Assembly (NCBI RefSeq): GCF_055900595.2
Contig: NZ_CM148325.1
DNA length: 64,000 nucleotides
Reading direction: 5' to 3' (one strand)
In this document: piece after piece, positions 46,311-60,026 of the stretch
Layout: the number at the start of each line of letters is the position of its first letter
Numbering within the stretch: position 1 is the stretch's first letter
Position numbers and translations under genes: made by a program
Notes under the pieces: model-generated
Databases searched by the model: none
Told to the model about the DNA's origin: nothing
What the model saw: only the letters and a program-made list of their open reading frames with translations

Positions 46311-48770
46311 ATGGACACCGTGAATATTTATCGACTCTCTTTTGTATCCTGCCTGGTCATGGCGATGCCTTCCGCCATGGCGGTTGAATTCAACCTGAAT
46401 GTCCTCGACAAATCGATGCGTGAGCGCATTGATATTTCATTATTAAAGGAAAAAGGTGTCATTGCTCCCGGTGAATATTTTGTCAGCATTGCGGTAAATA
46501 ATAACCAAATCAGTAATGGGCAAAAAATTAACTGGCAAAAAAAGGGTGACAATACCATTCCGTGCATCAATGATTTATTGGTCGATAAATTTGGCTTAAA
46601 ACCTGAAGTCCGTCAGTCGTTACCCCTGATTAATCAGTGCGTCAATTTTAGCACCCGACCAGAAATGCTCTTCAATTTTGATCAGGCCAGTCAGCAACTG
46701 AATATCACCATCCCACAGGCCTGGCTGGCGTGGCACTCAGATAACTGGACTCCACCCTCCACATGGAAAGAAGGTGTCCCCGGTGTCCTGATGGATTACA
46801 ACTTGTTTGCCAGCAGCTACCGCCCACAGGATGGCAGCAGCAGCACTAATCTTAACGCCTACGGAACAGCCGGAATTAACGCGGGGGCATGGCGCTTACG
46901 CAGTGACTATCAGTTGAATCAAAATGATGGCGATGATAACCATGAGCAGTCAGGCGAAATATCACGTACCTATCTTTTTCGCCCGCTACCGCAATTAGGT
47001 TCAAAATTAACCCTCGGCGAAACGGATTTTAGTTCCAATATTTTCGACGGTTTTTCTTATACCGGCGCGGCACTGGCGAGTGACGACCGGATGTTACCGT
47101 GGGAACTGCGCGGCTACGCTCCACAAATTAGCGGTATTGCACAAACCAATGCCACGGTGACGATCAGTCAATCAGGCCGCGTCATCTACCAGAAAAAAGT
47201 CCCGCCAGGCCCGTTTATCATTGATGATCTGAATCAGTCCGTCCAGGGGACGCTGGATGTCAAAGTGACGGAAGAAGATGGTCGGGTGAACAATTTCCAG
47301 GTTTCGGCAGCATCGACGCCTTTCCTTACGCGCCAGGGGCAGGTTCGTTATAAACTGGCCGCGGGTCAGCCACGGCCCTCCATGTCTCATCAAACTGAAA
47401 ATGAAACCTTTTTTAGCAATGAAGTTTCCTGGGGGATGCTGTCAAATACCTCGCTGTACGGCGGCCTGCTGATTTCGGGTGATGACTACCATTCTGCCGC
47501 AATGGGTATCGGGCAAAATATGCTGTGGCTTGGCGCGCTATCGTTTGATGTCACCTGGGCCAGTAGCCATTTTGATACCGAGCAGGACGAGCGGGGATTA
47601 AGCTACCGCTTTAATTACAGCAAACAAGTGGATGCCACTAACAGCACGATTTCGCTCGCCGCTTATCGCTTCTCAGATCGTCATTTTCACAGCTACGCCA
47701 ACTATCTGGATCACAAATACAACGACAACGATGCGCAGGACGAAAAACAGACGATCAGCTTATCCGTGGGGCAACCGATTACCCCACTGAACCTCAATCT
47801 GTACGCCAACCTGCTGCATCAAACCTGGTGGAATGCAGACGCCTCCACGACCGCCAACATTACGGCGGGTTTTAATGTTGATATTGGTAACTGGAGAGAT
47901 ATCTCGATCTCGACGTCATTCAATACAACCCATTACGAAGATAAAGATCGCGACAACCAGATTTACCTGTCGATTTCGCTTCCCTTCGGTAACGGTGGTC
48001 GGGTCGGTTATGACATGCAAAACAGTAGCCACAGCACCACACACCGCATGTCGTGGAACGATACGCTGGATGAACGAAATAGCTGGGGGATGTCTGCTGG
48101 ACTACAATCCGACCGTCCGGACAATGGAGTCCAGGTGAGCGGTAACTATCAGCACCTGAGTTCAGCGGGTGAGTGGGATCTTTCTGGTACTTATGCTGCC
48201 AATGACTACAGTTCTGTTAGCAGCAGCTGGAGTGGTTCTTTCACGGCGACGCAATATGGTGCAGCCGTCCATCGCCGCAGCTCCACCAATGAACCACGCC
48301 TGATGGTCAGCACCGATGGCGTGGCAGATATTCCGGTTCAGGGCAATCTCGACTACACCAACCATTTTGGCATTGCAGTGGTACCGCTGGTTTCCAGTTA
48401 TCAACCTTCCACCGTGGCCGTGAACATGAACGACTTACCCGACGGCGTGACGGTGACAGAAAACGTCATCAAAGAAACGTGGATTGAAGGCGCAATAGGT
48501 TACAAATCACTGGCATCCCGTTCCGGTAAAGACATTAACGTCATCATTCGCAACGCCAGCGGTCAGTTCCCTCCCCTCGGTGCAGATATCCGTCAGGATG
48601 GCAGCAGCATTAGCGTGGGGATGGTTGGCGAGGAAGGACACGCCTGGTTAAGCGGAGTCGCTGAGAATCAAAAGTTTACCGTGGTCTGGGGTGATAGTCA
48701 GCGTTGCTCGCTCCATCTTCCTGAACATATGGAAGACACCGCAAATCGCCTGATTTTACCTTGTCATTAA
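46311..48770 (+). CDS. ybgQ: fimbrial outer-membrane usher
   Basis: About 820 aa usher-family ORF; start placed at MDTVNIYRLSFVSCLVMAMPSAMA; the ORF track starts at 46233. Confidence 0.85.
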   Translation: MDTVNIYRLSFVSCLVMAMPSAMAVEFNLNVLDKSMRERIDISLLKEKGVIAPGEYFVSIAVNNNQISNGQKINWQKKGDNTIPCINDLLVDKFGLKPEVRQSLPLINQCVNFSTRPEMLFNFDQASQQLNITIPQAWLAWHSDNWTPPSTWKEGVPGVLMDYNLFASSYRPQDGSSSTNLNAYGTAGINAGAWRLRSDYQLNQNDGDDNHEQSGEISRTYLFRPLPQLGSKLTLGETDFSSNIFDGFSYTGAALASDDRMLPWELRGYAPQISGIAQTNATVTISQSGRVIYQKKVPPGPFIIDDLNQSVQGTLDVKVTEEDGRVNNFQVSAASTPFLTRQGQVRYKLAAGQPRPSMSHQTENETFFSNEVSWGMLSNTSLYGGLLISGDDYHSAAMGIGQNMLWLGALSFDVTWASSHFDTEQDERGLSYRFNYSKQVDATNSTISLAAYRFSDRHFHSYANYLDHKYNDNDAQDEKQTISLSVGQPITPLNLNLYANLLHQTWWNADASTTANITAGFNVDIGNWRDISISTSFNTTHYEDKDRDNQIYLSISLPFGNGGRVGYDMQNSSHSTTHRMSWNDTLDERNSWGMSAGLQSDRPDNGVQVSGNYQHLSSAGEWDLSGTYAANDYSSVSSSWSGSFTATQYGAAVHRRSSTNEPRLMVSTDGVADIPVQGNLDYTNHFGIAVVPLVSSYQPSTVAVNMNDLPDGVTVTENVIKETWIEGAIGYKSLASRSGKDINVIIRNASGQFPPLGADIRQDGSSISVGMVGEEGHAWLSGVAENQKFTVVWGDSQRCSLHLPEHMEDTANRLILPCH

Positions 48771-48778
48771 TTAAGGAA

Positions 48779-49516
48779 ATGAAAATGACATTTATGAAAG
48801 GACTTCCCCTTTTGTTGTTGGTTACCAGTCTGTGTAGCCACGCTGCACTACAACCCGACCGCACTCGCATTGTGTTTAACGCTAATGATAAAGCTACCAG
48901 TCTGCGAGTAGATAATCGTAGCGATAAACTCCCCTACCTCGCTTATTCCTGGCTCGAAAATGAAAAAGGGGAGAAAAGCGACGATCTTCTGGTCGCCCTG
49001 CCACCGATACAACGTCTGGAACCGAAAGCAACAACGCAGGTGCGGATAGTCAAGCAAGCCTCGACCGCGAAATTACCGGGCGATCGCGAAACGCTATTTT
49101 TCTACAATATGCGTGAAATTCCTCCCGCCCCGGAAAAAAACAGCGACCATGCCGTTCTGCAAGTCGCCATCCAGAGCCGTATCAAGGTGTTCTGGCGACC
49201 GTCTGCATTACGCAAGAAAGCAGGAGAAAAGGTCGAACTGCAGTTACAGGTCAGCCAGCAGGGCAATCAGCTTAGCTTAAAAAACCCTACTGGCTATTAT
49301 CTGACCATCGCGTATCTTGGGCGAAATGAGCAAAGCGTTCTCCCGGGCTTCAAAACTGTGATGATTGCGCCTTTTAGTACAGTAAGCACAACCACTGGAA
49401 ATTATAGTGGCAGCCAGTTTTATCTCGGTTATATGGATGATTATGGCGCATTACGCATGACAACGCTCAACTGTAACGGGCAATGCCGTTTACAGGCGGT
49501 GGAGGCGAAGAAATGA
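48779..49516 (+). CDS. ybgP: fimbrial periplasmic chaperone
   Basis: PapD-like chaperone ORF; start placed at [14 protein letters not shown] with AAGGA upstream; the ORF track starts at 48761. Confidence 0.85.
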   Translation: MKMTFMKGLPLLLLVTSLCSHAALQPDRTRIVFNANDKATSLRVDNRSDKLPYLAYSWLENEKGEKSDDLLVALPPIQRLEPKATTQVRIVKQASTAKLPGDRETLFFYNMREIPPAPEKNSDHAVLQVAIQSRIKVFWRPSALRKKAGEKVELQLQVSQQGNQLSLKNPTGYYLTIAYLGRNEQSVLPGFKTVMIAPFSTVSTTTGNYSGSQFYLGYMDDYGALRMTTLNCNGQCRLQAVEAKK

Positions 49517-50574
49517 GTGCTGGCAAGGGATTGTTGCTCATCATCTATTTGTTATTTCTACCGTTAAAATCTGCGCTTGCCCTGAACTGTTACTTTGGTT
49601 CATCCGGTGGTTCGGTAGAAAAATCGGAATCTATTCAACCATTTGCTGTACCAGGGAATGCCAAACCCGGCGATAAGATCTGGGAGTCTGACGATATTAA
49701 AATTCCCGTCTATTGTGACAACAATACCAACGGCAACTTTGAGAGCGAGCATGTCTACGCCTGGGTAAACCCGTACCCGGGAATTCAGGATCGCTATTAT
49801 CAACTCGGCGTAACTTACAATGGTGTTGATTATGATGCTAACCAGGGAAAAAGCCGCATCGACACTAACCAGTGCATCGACAGCAAAAACATTAATATTT
49901 ATACCCCTGAGCAGATCATCGCGATGGGATGGCAGAACAAAATTTGCTCTGGTGATCCCAATAATATTCATATGTCGCGTACGTTTCTCGCTCGCATGCG
50001 GTTATACGTCAAGATACGAGAGATACCGCCGCATGATTATCAAAGCACGCTCAGCGATTACATTGTGGTGCAATTTGATGGCGAAGGAAGCGTTAATGAG
50101 GACCCTACCGCCCAAAACCTGAAATATCATATTACCGGTCTGGAAAACATTCGGGTATTGGATTGCAGCGTCAATTTTTCTATTACCCCAGCCAACCAGG
50201 TCATTGATTTTGGTAAATTTAATGTACTGGATATCCGGCGACACAACATGACAAAAACATTCGGTATTAAAACGACAAAATCACAAAACGATCAATGTAC
50301 CGACGGATTCAAAGTCAGCTCTTCGTTTTATACCGAAGAAACATTGATTGAAGAGGATAAAGCACTGCTGATTGGCAATGGTCTGAAGCTACGTTTACTG
50401 GATGAAAACGCCTCGCCCTATACCTTCAACAAATACAGCGAATATGCCGACTTCACCAGTGACATGCTGATCTACGAAAAAACCTATACGGCTGAACTTT
50501 CGTCTATTCCCGGCACTCCCATTGAGGCTGGCTCCTTCGATACCGTGGTGCTTTTTAAGATTAACTATAACTAA
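49513..50574 (+). CDS. ybgO: fimbrial adhesin-like protein
   Basis: Start placed at [23 protein letters not shown] to give about 353 aa; last gene of the ybgDQPO operon. Confidence 0.8.
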   Translation: MSAGKGLLLIIYLLFLPLKSALALNCYFGSSGGSVEKSESIQPFAVPGNAKPGDKIWESDDIKIPVYCDNNTNGNFESEHVYAWVNPYPGIQDRYYQLGVTYNGVDYDANQGKSRIDTNQCIDSKNINIYTPEQIIAMGWQNKICSGDPNNIHMSRTFLARMRLYVKIREIPPHDYQSTLSDYIVVQFDGEGSVNEDPTAQNLKYHITGLENIRVLDCSVNFSITPANQVIDFGKFNVLDIRRHNMTKTFGIKTTKSQNDQCTDGFKVSSSFYTEETLIEEDKALLIGNGLKLRLLDENASPYTFNKYSEYADFTSDMLIYEKTYTAELSSIPGTPIEAGSFDTVVLFKINYN

Positions 50575-50582
50575 TTTCCCAT

Positions 50583-50615
50583 GATGCCCTTTGCAACCGA
50601 AAGGGCATCTCTTTC
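50583..50615 (+). terminator. putative terminator after ybgO
   Basis: gatgcccttt-gcaaccg-aaagggcatc perfect inverted repeat followed by tctttc. Confidence 0.45.
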
Positions 50616-50724
50616 AGAAAATTGCTGATTTTCCCCTTTTCCTTGATTGCTGTTATTTTTTCCTGGCCCGGCTTTCTTTATGCTGTATCGATACACCAAA
50701 GAGAAAATAATGAGGAAGCGAAGG

Positions 50725-51771
50725 ATGCCAGTTTTGCAGTGGGGAATGTTATGTGTGCTCTCACTTCTCCTTTCTATTGGCTTCCTCGGATTACATCTCC
50801 CGGCGGCGCTATTACTTGGGCCGATGCTCGCCGGGATCATCTTCAGTATGCGCGGGGTTACCCTGCAACTCCCCCGCTCCGCTTTTCTCGCCGCGCAGGC
50901 CATTCTTGGCTGCATGATTGCGCAAAACCTGACCGGTTCGATCCTGACCACGCTAGCGGTGAACTGGCCGATTGTGTTAGCTATTTTACTGGTGACGTTA
51001 CTTTCCAGCGCCATCGTGGGTTGGTTATTGGTGCGCTATAGCTCACTGCCTGGAAATACCGGTGCCTGGGGTTCTTCGCCAGGCGGCGCGGCTGCGATGG
51101 TTGCTATGGCACAGGATTACGGCGCAGATATTCGTCTGGTGGCGTTTATGCAATACCTACGAGTGCTGTTCGTCGCGGGGGCGGCGGTACTGGTTACGCG
51201 GATGATGTTGGGTGATAACGCTGAAGCGGTTAACCAGCAGATCGTCTGGTTCCCGCCAGTGAGCATTAATCTCCTGCTTACGATTTTGCTCGCGGTCGTT
51301 GCCGGTACGGCGGGATGCTTGCTACGTCTTCCTTCCGGCACGATGCTCATCCCGATGCTGGCGGGCGCAGTGCTCCAGTCTGGTCAGCTCATCACCATCG
51401 AACTACCAGAATGGCTGCTGGCGATGGCGTATATGGCAATTGGCTGGCGGATTGGTCTTGGTTTCGATAAGCAAATCTTACTGCGGGCATTGCGCCCGCT
51501 GCCACAAATCTTGCTGTCGATTTTTACTCTGCTGGCTATTTGTGCAGGTATGGCGTGGGGACTGACCCGGTTTATGCATATTGATTTTATGACTGCCTAC
51601 CTCGCCACCAGTCCCGGCGGGCTTGATACCGTGGCGGTCATCGCCGCAGGGAGCAATGCCGATATGGCGCTTATTATGGCGATGCAAACCCTACGCCTGT
51701 TCAGTATTTTGCTGACGGGGCCAGCCATTGCGCGGTTTATTTCAACCTATGCGCCGAAGCGGTCGGCCTAG
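50725..51771 (+). CDS. abrB: AbrB-family membrane protein (putative transporter, AidB regulator locus)
   Basis: Polytopic membrane ORF; start placed at [16 protein letters not shown]; position between ybgO and nei as in K-12. Confidence 0.8.
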   Translation: MPVLQWGMLCVLSLLLSIGFLGLHLPAALLLGPMLAGIIFSMRGVTLQLPRSAFLAAQAILGCMIAQNLTGSILTTLAVNWPIVLAILLVTLLSSAIVGWLLVRYSSLPGNTGAWGSSPGGAAAMVAMAQDYGADIRLVAFMQYLRVLFVAGAAVLVTRMMLGDNAEAVNQQIVWFPPVSINLLLTILLAVVAGTAGCLLRLPSGTMLIPMLAGAVLQSGQLITIELPEWLLAMAYMAIGWRIGLGFDKQILLRALRPLPQILLSIFTLLAICAGMAWGLTRFMHIDFMTAYLATSPGGLDTVAVIAAGSNADMALIMAMQTLRLFSILLTGPAIARFISTYAPKRSA

Positions 51772-52559
51772 TGCTGGCAGCCTGGACACCAGTAAAACGG
51801 GCGCGAGGACAACGTGGTTTTCTCAATGATGCTGCCACAACGTTCGCACGGTTCGCCATCACGATGAAAAACCTTAAAGCGAAACAGCGCCCCATGATGT
51901 TTATTCTCATCCACCTGCCCCCGCGTAGCGTAAGAAAGTCGAGGAATCTCCAGTAACGCGTGTGCGAGTGCATCCAGTTGCGCCGCATTGAGATCTTTCG
52001 CTTTATGATTGCCGGTTAACCCCACCTGCCAGAGGATCTCCACCCGCAAATAATTGCCAAGCCCAGCCAGAAACGCCTGATCGAGTAGTAATCCAGCAAA
52101 CTGACGGTTACGAAAGCGCGGCGACAATAACCGTTCTTTCGCCACCTCCGGCGTCAGATTCGGGTCGAGTACATCGGGGCCAACGCGTTGTAAAAACGGA
52201 TGCGTGGTCAGTTGTTTCGGGGTCAACATCTCAATATCCGAGGCGCTATAAAGCAGAATGGTTTTGTCAGCCGTTTGCAGTTTTACCCGCAATACTCGCG
52301 TGGTCTGCGGCTCTTCGCCGGTATCAACCACGCGCCAGACGCCGTAAAGCTGATTATGGCTGTAGAGCGTTAACCCGTTGGAAAAATGAGTTAACAACGC
52401 CTTACCTCGCGTTTCCACATGGGTAACGTGTTGACCGATAAGTTGTGATTGATAAGGTTTTAACTGCGGGAAGGCAAACCAGACATCAGTTAGAGGTTTA
52501 CCTTTGATCGCCGCCTCCAGGTTATCCGCTGCACGGCGGATCTCCGGGCCTTCAGGCAT
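51768..52559 (-). CDS. nei: endonuclease VIII
   Basis: 263 aa ORF with N-terminal MPEGPEIRR (Fpg/Nei catalytic Pro) and C-terminal zinc finger (CERCG...CPGCQ). Confidence 0.9.
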   Translation of the reverse strand: MPEGPEIRRAADNLEAAIKGKPLTDVWFAFPQLKPYQSQLIGQHVTHVETRGKALLTHFSNGLTLYSHNQLYGVWRVVDTGEEPQTTRVLRVKLQTADKTILLYSASDIEMLTPKQLTTHPFLQRVGPDVLDPNLTPEVAKERLLSPRFRNRQFAGLLLDQAFLAGLGNYLRVEILWQVGLTGNHKAKDLNAAQLDALAHALLEIPRLSYATRGQVDENKHHGALFRFKVFHRDGEPCERCGSIIEKTTLSSRPFYWCPGCQH

Positions 52560-52594
52560 GGTGATATCCTTTTTTCATTCTTTATTAAGCGGGG

Positions 52595-53329
52595 CTATGC
52601 TGCGACAACAATCCCCTTTTCGGCAAATGTAGAGCGTAGTCGGCGGGCGAACGCCAGTGCGTGTTCTCCATCGCCATGCAGGCAGACCGTTTGCGCCGTG
52701 ACCGTTGCCCATTCGCCGTTGATACTTTTGACTCTGCCGTGTTGCACCATCTCCAGCGTCTGCGCCAGCGCCTGTTCTTCGTCTTCAATCAGCGCGCCTG
52801 GCTGGCTTCGCGGCACCAGCGAGCCGTCAGCCTTGTAACCGCGATCGGCAAACACTTCCTCGCGCGTTGTCAGGCCATATTGCTTGCCTGCACGAATCAG
52901 CTCGCTTCCCGCCAGCCCGACGAGAATCAATGCCGGATCGCAAGCGTATACCGCTCTGGCGATGGCGTCTGCCAGTTGTGCCTCTTTCGCCGCCTGGTTA
53001 TACAACATGCCGTGCGGTTTGACATGACGCATTACGCCGCCTTGAGCACGGGCAATCGTTGCCAGCGCGCCAATTTGATACAGCGTCTGGGCGTAAACGG
53101 TTTCTGGCGGCAGCTGCATGGCGCTGCGACCAAAATTTTCCCTGTCGGGAAAACTCGGGTGAGCGCCAATCGCAACACCATTTTTTATTGCTTCACGCAC
53201 GCAAGCCTGCATGGTTTGCGCATCGCCAGCATGAAATCCACAGGCAATATTGGCAGAGGAAACCAGCGTTAATAGCTCTGCGTCGCTGACACAGCCTTCG
53301 CCCAGATCGGCGTTCAGGTCAATTTTCAT
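52595..53329 (-). CDS. pxpA: 5-oxoprolinase subunit A (LamB/YcsF family)
   Basis: 244 aa ORF matching remembered YbgL. Confidence 0.85.
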   Translation of the reverse strand: MKIDLNADLGEGCVSDAELLTLVSSANIACGFHAGDAQTMQACVREAIKNGVAIGAHPSFPDRENFGRSAMQLPPETVYAQTLYQIGALATIARAQGGVMRHVKPHGMLYNQAAKEAQLADAIARAVYACDPALILVGLAGSELIRAGKQYGLTTREEVFADRGYKADGSLVPRSQPGALIEDEEQALAQTLEMVQHGRVKSINGEWATVTAQTVCLHGDGEHALAFARRLRSTFAEKGIVVAA

Positions 53330-54251
53330 TGTGCAGCCGCCACGCTAATTGTTCGAAATAACGTTGCTGATCTTGCCGTGCTTTCAGTGCCTCTTCCAGT
53401 GAACACTGGACAAAATGAATCGGCTGACCGAGCGGAATTTGCGCCAGATGGTACATATCAGCCTCAATGATACAGGCAATACGCGGATAACCACCGGTGG
53501 TCTGTGCGTCGTTCATCAATACAATCGGCTGGCCGTTATGCGGCACCTGCACCACGCCCGGCAACAAACCATGAGATAACAGTTCGCGATCGGTGGTGCG
53601 TTTTAAAATTTGCCCCTGTAAGCGATAACCCATACGGTTACTTTGCGGGCTAAGTTGCCACGGCGAACGCCAGAATGCATCCTGCGAGGCACGATCGAAC
53701 TCATGATATTCTGGCCCTGGCAAGGCGCGAATGCGGTTGCCCCACAGCAGCTGTTTAACGCCCTGCGCTTCCATAAAATCACGCTTCGCTTTGCCCATCG
53801 GGAGACGGTCACCATCCTTCAGTAAACGGCCTTCTAACCCGCCAATCCCCACTTTAAGATCGGTACTGCATGACCCCATAACCGACGGAACATCAAATCC
53901 GCCCGCAACCGCCAGATAACTGCGCATCCCATGCTGCGGGCGTTTAAGGGTTAAACGCTGGCCTGCTTTCATCGGCAAGCGCCAGCCGGTCCAGACAGCA
54001 TTATCATCCAGCCGCGCTTCGCAACCTGCACCGGTCAGGGCAAACCAACCATCAGTTTCGAACTCTACCGTTAACTGACCGAGCGTTATCTCCAGCGCGG
54101 GGGCATTGGCGTCATTACCCACCAGCAGGTTAGCAATGCGTAACGCAGGCATATCCAGTGCGCCGCAGTGGCTGATACCCGACTGGCGAAAACCGTGACG
54201 ACCGCCATCCTGCACAGTGGTATACATGCCCGCACGAATAATCTTCAGCAT
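53319..54251 (-). CDS. pxpC: 5-oxoprolinase subunit C
   Basis: 310 aa ORF matching remembered YbgK; overlaps pxpA start. Confidence 0.85.
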
Positions 54252-54901
54252 ACTCCCTCCTTCTGCGGTACAAAGCGCACGCTGTCTCCCGGACGTAATA
54301 AGATGGGTTCGTCACGCGCCGGATCAAACAGGCTGAGTGAGGTATGACCAATCAACTGCCAGCCGCCCGGCGTTGCCAGCGGATAAACACCGGTCTGCGG
54401 CCCGCCGATCCCGACAGAACCTGCCGGAACGAGCAAGCGCGGCTCAGCGCGCCGTGGCGTGTGTAGTTGTTCCGGCAAACTCCCGAGATACGGGAAGCCC
54501 GGTTGAAAACCTAAAAACCAGACCACGTATTCCACAGAGGAGTGCAATTCAACAACCTGTTTTTCGCTCAATCCACAATGCGCCGCGACCACCGCCAAAT
54601 CCGGTCCGCCTGCACCACCGTAAACCACCGGAATTTCAATAAAACGAGACTCCGGCTCCAGCGCCTCACTCTCCTCCCACCAGCGTTGCAAACGCTCTAT
54701 GGCATCCAGCGCCAGCGACTCAGGATTACGTAAAATCACCGTGATATTGTTCATGCCGGGAATGGCTTCAACCACATTCGGCATATCCACCAGACGCTGC
54801 GCCAGTCGCCAGATCCGTTTCTGGCTAGCCAGCGTCACCGGCGGTTCCAGCTCCAGCACTACCGCCGTTTCACCTATCAGATAACAACGCGCTCGTTGCA
54901 C
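54245..54901 (-). CDS. pxpB: 5-oxoprolinase subunit B
   Basis: 218 aa ORF matching remembered YbgJ. Confidence 0.85.
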
Positions 54902-54923
54902 TTTCGATCCCTCTGATTATTCG

Positions 54924-55667
54924 TTATGCAGGATTAGGAATATCAATAAAGGTCACATCAAGATCGGTATTTTCATTCAGCCACTCACTCAATGCGCGAA
55001 TACCACCGCGTTCGGTGGCATGGTGACCCGCAGCATAAAAATGCAATCCCTGCTCGCGGGCTGAATGAATGGTCTGTTCAGAAACTTCGCCAGTAATAAA
55101 AGCATCCACGCCAAAACGCGCGGCGCTATCGATAAAACTTTGCCCGCCGCCCGTGCACCAGGCAACGCGCTGAATCACCTCAGGTCCGGTATCGCCACAC
55201 CATAACGGCTTACGTCCCAGACGCGCTTCAATCCAGGAAGCCAATTCCAGTCCCGGCACAGGCATAGTCAGTTCGCCCCACGGCACTAACGGCTCAATTT
55301 CACCCAAGACCGTAATCCCAAGTAACGCCGCCAGCTGTGCGTTATTGCCCAGCTCCGGATGCGCGTCCAACGGCAGATGCCAGCCATACAGGTTGATATC
55401 ATTCGCCAACAATGTTTTTAAGCGGTTACGCTTCATACCGCGAATTACTGGCGATTCCCCTTTCCAGAAATAACCATGATGCACAATGACCGCATCCGCG
55501 CCCAGACGCACCGCTTCATCGAGCAAAGCCTGGCTGGCGGTGACACCGGTAACAATTTTTTGCACCGTCTCTTTGCCTTCCACCTGCAAACCATTCGGCG
55601 CGTAATCACTAATCGCCGCGCTGTTCAGTTTTTCGTTAATCAGTTGTTCCAGTTCGGTGTTTTTCAT
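54924..55667 (-). CDS. ybgI: Nif3-family metal-binding protein (GTP cyclohydrolase 1 type 2 homolog)
   Basis: 247 aa ORF at the head of the ybgIJKL-nei unit. Confidence 0.85.
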   Translation of the reverse strand: MKNTELEQLINEKLNSAAISDYAPNGLQVEGKETVQKIVTGVTASQALLDEAVRLGADAVIVHHGYFWKGESPVIRGMKRNRLKTLLANDINLYGWHLPLDAHPELGNNAQLAALLGITVLGEIEPLVPWGELTMPVPGLELASWIEARLGRKPLWCGDTGPEVIQRVAWCTGGGQSFIDSAARFGVDAFITGEVSEQTIHSAREQGLHFYAAGHHATERGGIRALSEWLNENTDLDVTFIDIPNPA

Positions 55668-55754
55668 CTTCGCGCCTTCCGTATTCTGATAGCTACACCG
55701 TTAACATAGCGTTACCTCGCCTGTTCGTCGATAGCCAATCTTTTGACATATTAA

Positions 55755-57419
<1,665 letters not shown>

Positions 57420-57434
57420 CAGGCCAGCACCGAT

Positions 57435-57548
57435 GCCTGATAAGACGCTTAATGCGTCTTATCAGGCCTGGATGTCCCTGCAATATATTGAATTTGCACT
57501 ATTTGCCAGGCCGGAGAAGGCGTTCACGCAGTATCCGGCATCCGGGCA
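57435..57548. repeat. REP elements downstream of dtpD
   Basis: gcctgataagacgcttaatgcgtcttatcaggc and gccggagaaggcg...ccggcatccgggc palindromes. Confidence 0.5.
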
Positions 57549-57567
57549 AGATTGCCTGACGCGTCTG

Positions 57568-58986
57568 TTATTTCCCCTTCCTCGCCGCCTCATACGCTGC
57601 CAACGTTCGTACTCTCGCTTCTTTGTGATCGACTATCGGTTGCGGATAATCCAGCGTCACACCTGATTTATCTGCCCACTTCCACGGTTCATGCACCGCT
57701 TTCCCTGGTACATCGCGCAACTCTGGTAGCCACCGGCGGATAAACTCACCTTCGTGGTCAAATTTCTCGCCCTGAGTTGTCGGATTGAAAATACGGAAAT
57801 ACGGTGCAGCATCGGTTCCAGTAGAAGCCGCCCATTGCCAGCCACCGTTATTGGCTGCCAAATCACCATCAATCAGTTGCGACATGAAATATCGCTCGCC
57901 TTCCCGCCAGTCGATCAGCAAATCTTTCACCAGAAAACTGGCAGTAATCATCCGCAGGCGATTATGCATCCAGCCAGTGCTGTTAAGCTGACGCATGGCC
58001 GCATCAACAATCGGGTATCCCGTTTTGCCTTCCTGCCAGGCCTTTAAATGCGCGGGATTACTTTGCCACTGTACGCGATCGGTCCAGGCAATAAAGGGGC
58101 GATGCTTACACAGTGACGGGTGATACGTCATCAAATGACGGTAGAACTCGCGCCAGATCAGCTCATTAAGCCAGACGCTACCAGCCCCGCCATCCAGCGC
58201 TTGCGGCTGTTCCGCCAACAGGCGATGCAGACACTGGCGAGGCGATAACCTACCCGTTGCAAGGCTTGCAGACAAACGGCTGGTGCCTTCCACTGCCGGA
58301 AAATCACGCTGCTGATCGTACTGACTCGCACCGTTCTGGCAAAACTGGCGTAATTGCGCAATCGCCGCTTTTTCTTCCACCGGGAAATGCGCGGTATCGA
58401 AAGACTGACGAGGGTAATTCAGCGTAATAGATGGCGCGGGATCTAATGATCCGCTACTCCGAACTTTTGGCGCAGCGACGCACTCCGGCATCCCTTCCCG
58501 CAGCCGTTTCAGCCAGGCATTCTTAAAAGGCGTAAAGACTTTGTACATCTCATGATTGCCAGTCATCACCGCCCCCGGCGGCAGGATCACGCTGTCATCG
58601 AACCCTTCACACACCACGTTACTCAGCGCTCTTTCAACTTCCACATCCCGCGCCCGCTCATTCACCTCATACTGATAGTTATAAAACAGATGGGTAACAC
58701 GATTTTCCGCGCACACCTGTTTAACTATTTCGACGCTGGCGGCAAAGTCATCCACTTCATGAAACAGCAAAGGAATACCTTTTTCCGCCAGCGCGTTTTG
58801 CAGCGCATTAAGTTGTGTATTGATAAGTTCAGCCTGACGCGGCGACACATTATGCGCCGCCCACTGGCGTGGTGTAGCGATATACAACGCCAGCACGCGT
58901 GCAGACGAATTGCGGCAGGCGGCAGCAAGCGCGAGATTGTCGTGCAGACGTAAATCCTGGCGAAACCAGACCAGATGGGTAGTCAT
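57568..58986 (-). CDS. phr: deoxyribodipyrimidine photolyase
   Basis: 472 aa ORF matching remembered Phr/PhrB (MTTHLVWFRQDLRLHDNLAL...). Confidence 0.9.
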   Translation of the reverse strand: MTTHLVWFRQDLRLHDNLALAAACRNSSARVLALYIATPRQWAAHNVSPRQAELINTQLNALQNALAEKGIPLLFHEVDDFAASVEIVKQVCAENRVTHLFYNYQYEVNERARDVEVERALSNVVCEGFDDSVILPPGAVMTGNHEMYKVFTPFKNAWLKRLREGMPECVAAPKVRSSGSLDPAPSITLNYPRQSFDTAHFPVEEKAAIAQLRQFCQNGASQYDQQRDFPAVEGTSRLSASLATGRLSPRQCLHRLLAEQPQALDGGAGSVWLNELIWREFYRHLMTYHPSLCKHRPFIAWTDRVQWQSNPAHLKAWQEGKTGYPIVDAAMRQLNSTGWMHNRLRMITASFLVKDLLIDWREGERYFMSQLIDGDLAANNGGWQWAASTGTDAAPYFRIFNPTTQGEKFDHEGEFIRRWLPELRDVPGKAVHEPWKWADKSGVTLDYPQPIVDHKEARVRTLAAYEAARKGK

Positions 58987-59492
58987 AAAACTCCTGCATG
59001 GCGCAAGTTAATCACCCGCGGCCAAAGTTCGAAATAACGCTGCCCTGAAAGCCAGGCGTCAGGATAAAGCGCCATATAGTGTTTGATACGCATCAGCGGC
59101 GCAAGAAGCGGTTGCTCGCCACGGCGATAACTGTCGATAAGCGACGCCAGCTGCTGGCGTTCTGTGGAATCAATATGTGGGCGAAAATATCCCTGAACGT
59201 GCATCAAAACGTTAGTATGATCACGCCGGTTGGCAGGGTGAGAAAGCAAAACAATTACGCGTTGACGGTACTGGTTGTAATAGTCATCCAGATTTTGCCA
59301 CTGGTGAATATCAGCCACAAACGGGCCAAGTTTGCGGTATTCCGGCTGGGAATGAGCCAGAAAGACGAGTTTATAGCGGCTGTGATAATCGTTGAGCGCC
59401 CCGCGCGTTAGCCCATGTTCTTTCAGTCGATGTAACTCATGAAGGGCGAAGATACGGATTAGGGTGCTTTCATCAAATCGTTGCTGATTCAT
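58983..59492 (-). CDS. ybgA: DUF1722-family protein YbgA
   Basis: 169 aa ORF overlapping the phr start (ybgA-phr operon). Confidence 0.85.
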   Translation of the reverse strand: MNQQRFDESTLIRIFALHELHRLKEHGLTRGALNDYHSRYKLVFLAHSQPEYRKLGPFVADIHQWQNLDDYYNQYRQRVIVLLSHPANRRDHTNVLMHVQGYFRPHIDSTERQQLASLIDSYRRGEQPLLAPLMRIKHYMALYPDAWLSGQRYFELWPRVINLRHAGVL

Positions 59493-59576
59493 TACTGCTC
59501 CTGAACGGTTTACAGGAGTAAGTGTAGACGGCAGTATTGAAAAAACGAAACGAATAAATGAATTCGGTAAAGAAAT

Positions 59577-59984
59577 TCAATTATTCATAATAAAGTTCAT
59601 AGTAGCGATAAATAGTTTCTTTTCTTCATCACTCATGGCAGCAACGTTTAACATGTTGTCATCAAAATTATTGATGTTATTTTTTAATTTCAGTAACTGC
59701 AAAGGAGAAAAATAGTCACTCCCGATGAGATTACTCAATACCAGCAATAGCTCCCCATCATATAAATAGCCCACCATAAGATTAATCTCTATCATCTCAA
59801 TTGCTTTTTGTACAGCAAGCGCCGGTAAGATATTCTGACGAAGCATTTTGGCAATATCATTTTCATCCAGTTCATCGGGTGTTTTATCTAATAAAGAATT
59901 ATACCAGTTTATTAAACCACTTTTGAAAGCGAACGAATCATATTGCAGGTGATAAATCTGTTTTAGGGTTTCTTTATTTTTCAA
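59577..59984 (-). CDS. hypothetical small protein (135 aa from a TTG start), AT-rich
   Basis: ORF with a TTG start (first ATG would give about 89 aa); markedly AT-rich; acidic, Asn/Leu-rich; no known motif. Confidence 0.35.
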   Translation of the reverse strand: MKNKETLKQIYHLQYDSFAFKSGLINWYNSLLDKTPDELDENDIAKMLRQNILPALAVQKAIEMIEINLMVGYLYDGELLLVLSNLIGSDYFSPLQLLKLKNNINNFDDNMLNVAAMSDEEKKLFIATMNFIMNN

Positions 59985-60026
59985 TTTATAGTGCCTTTAT
60001 TTGCTATAATTTTTTCTGAAATAACA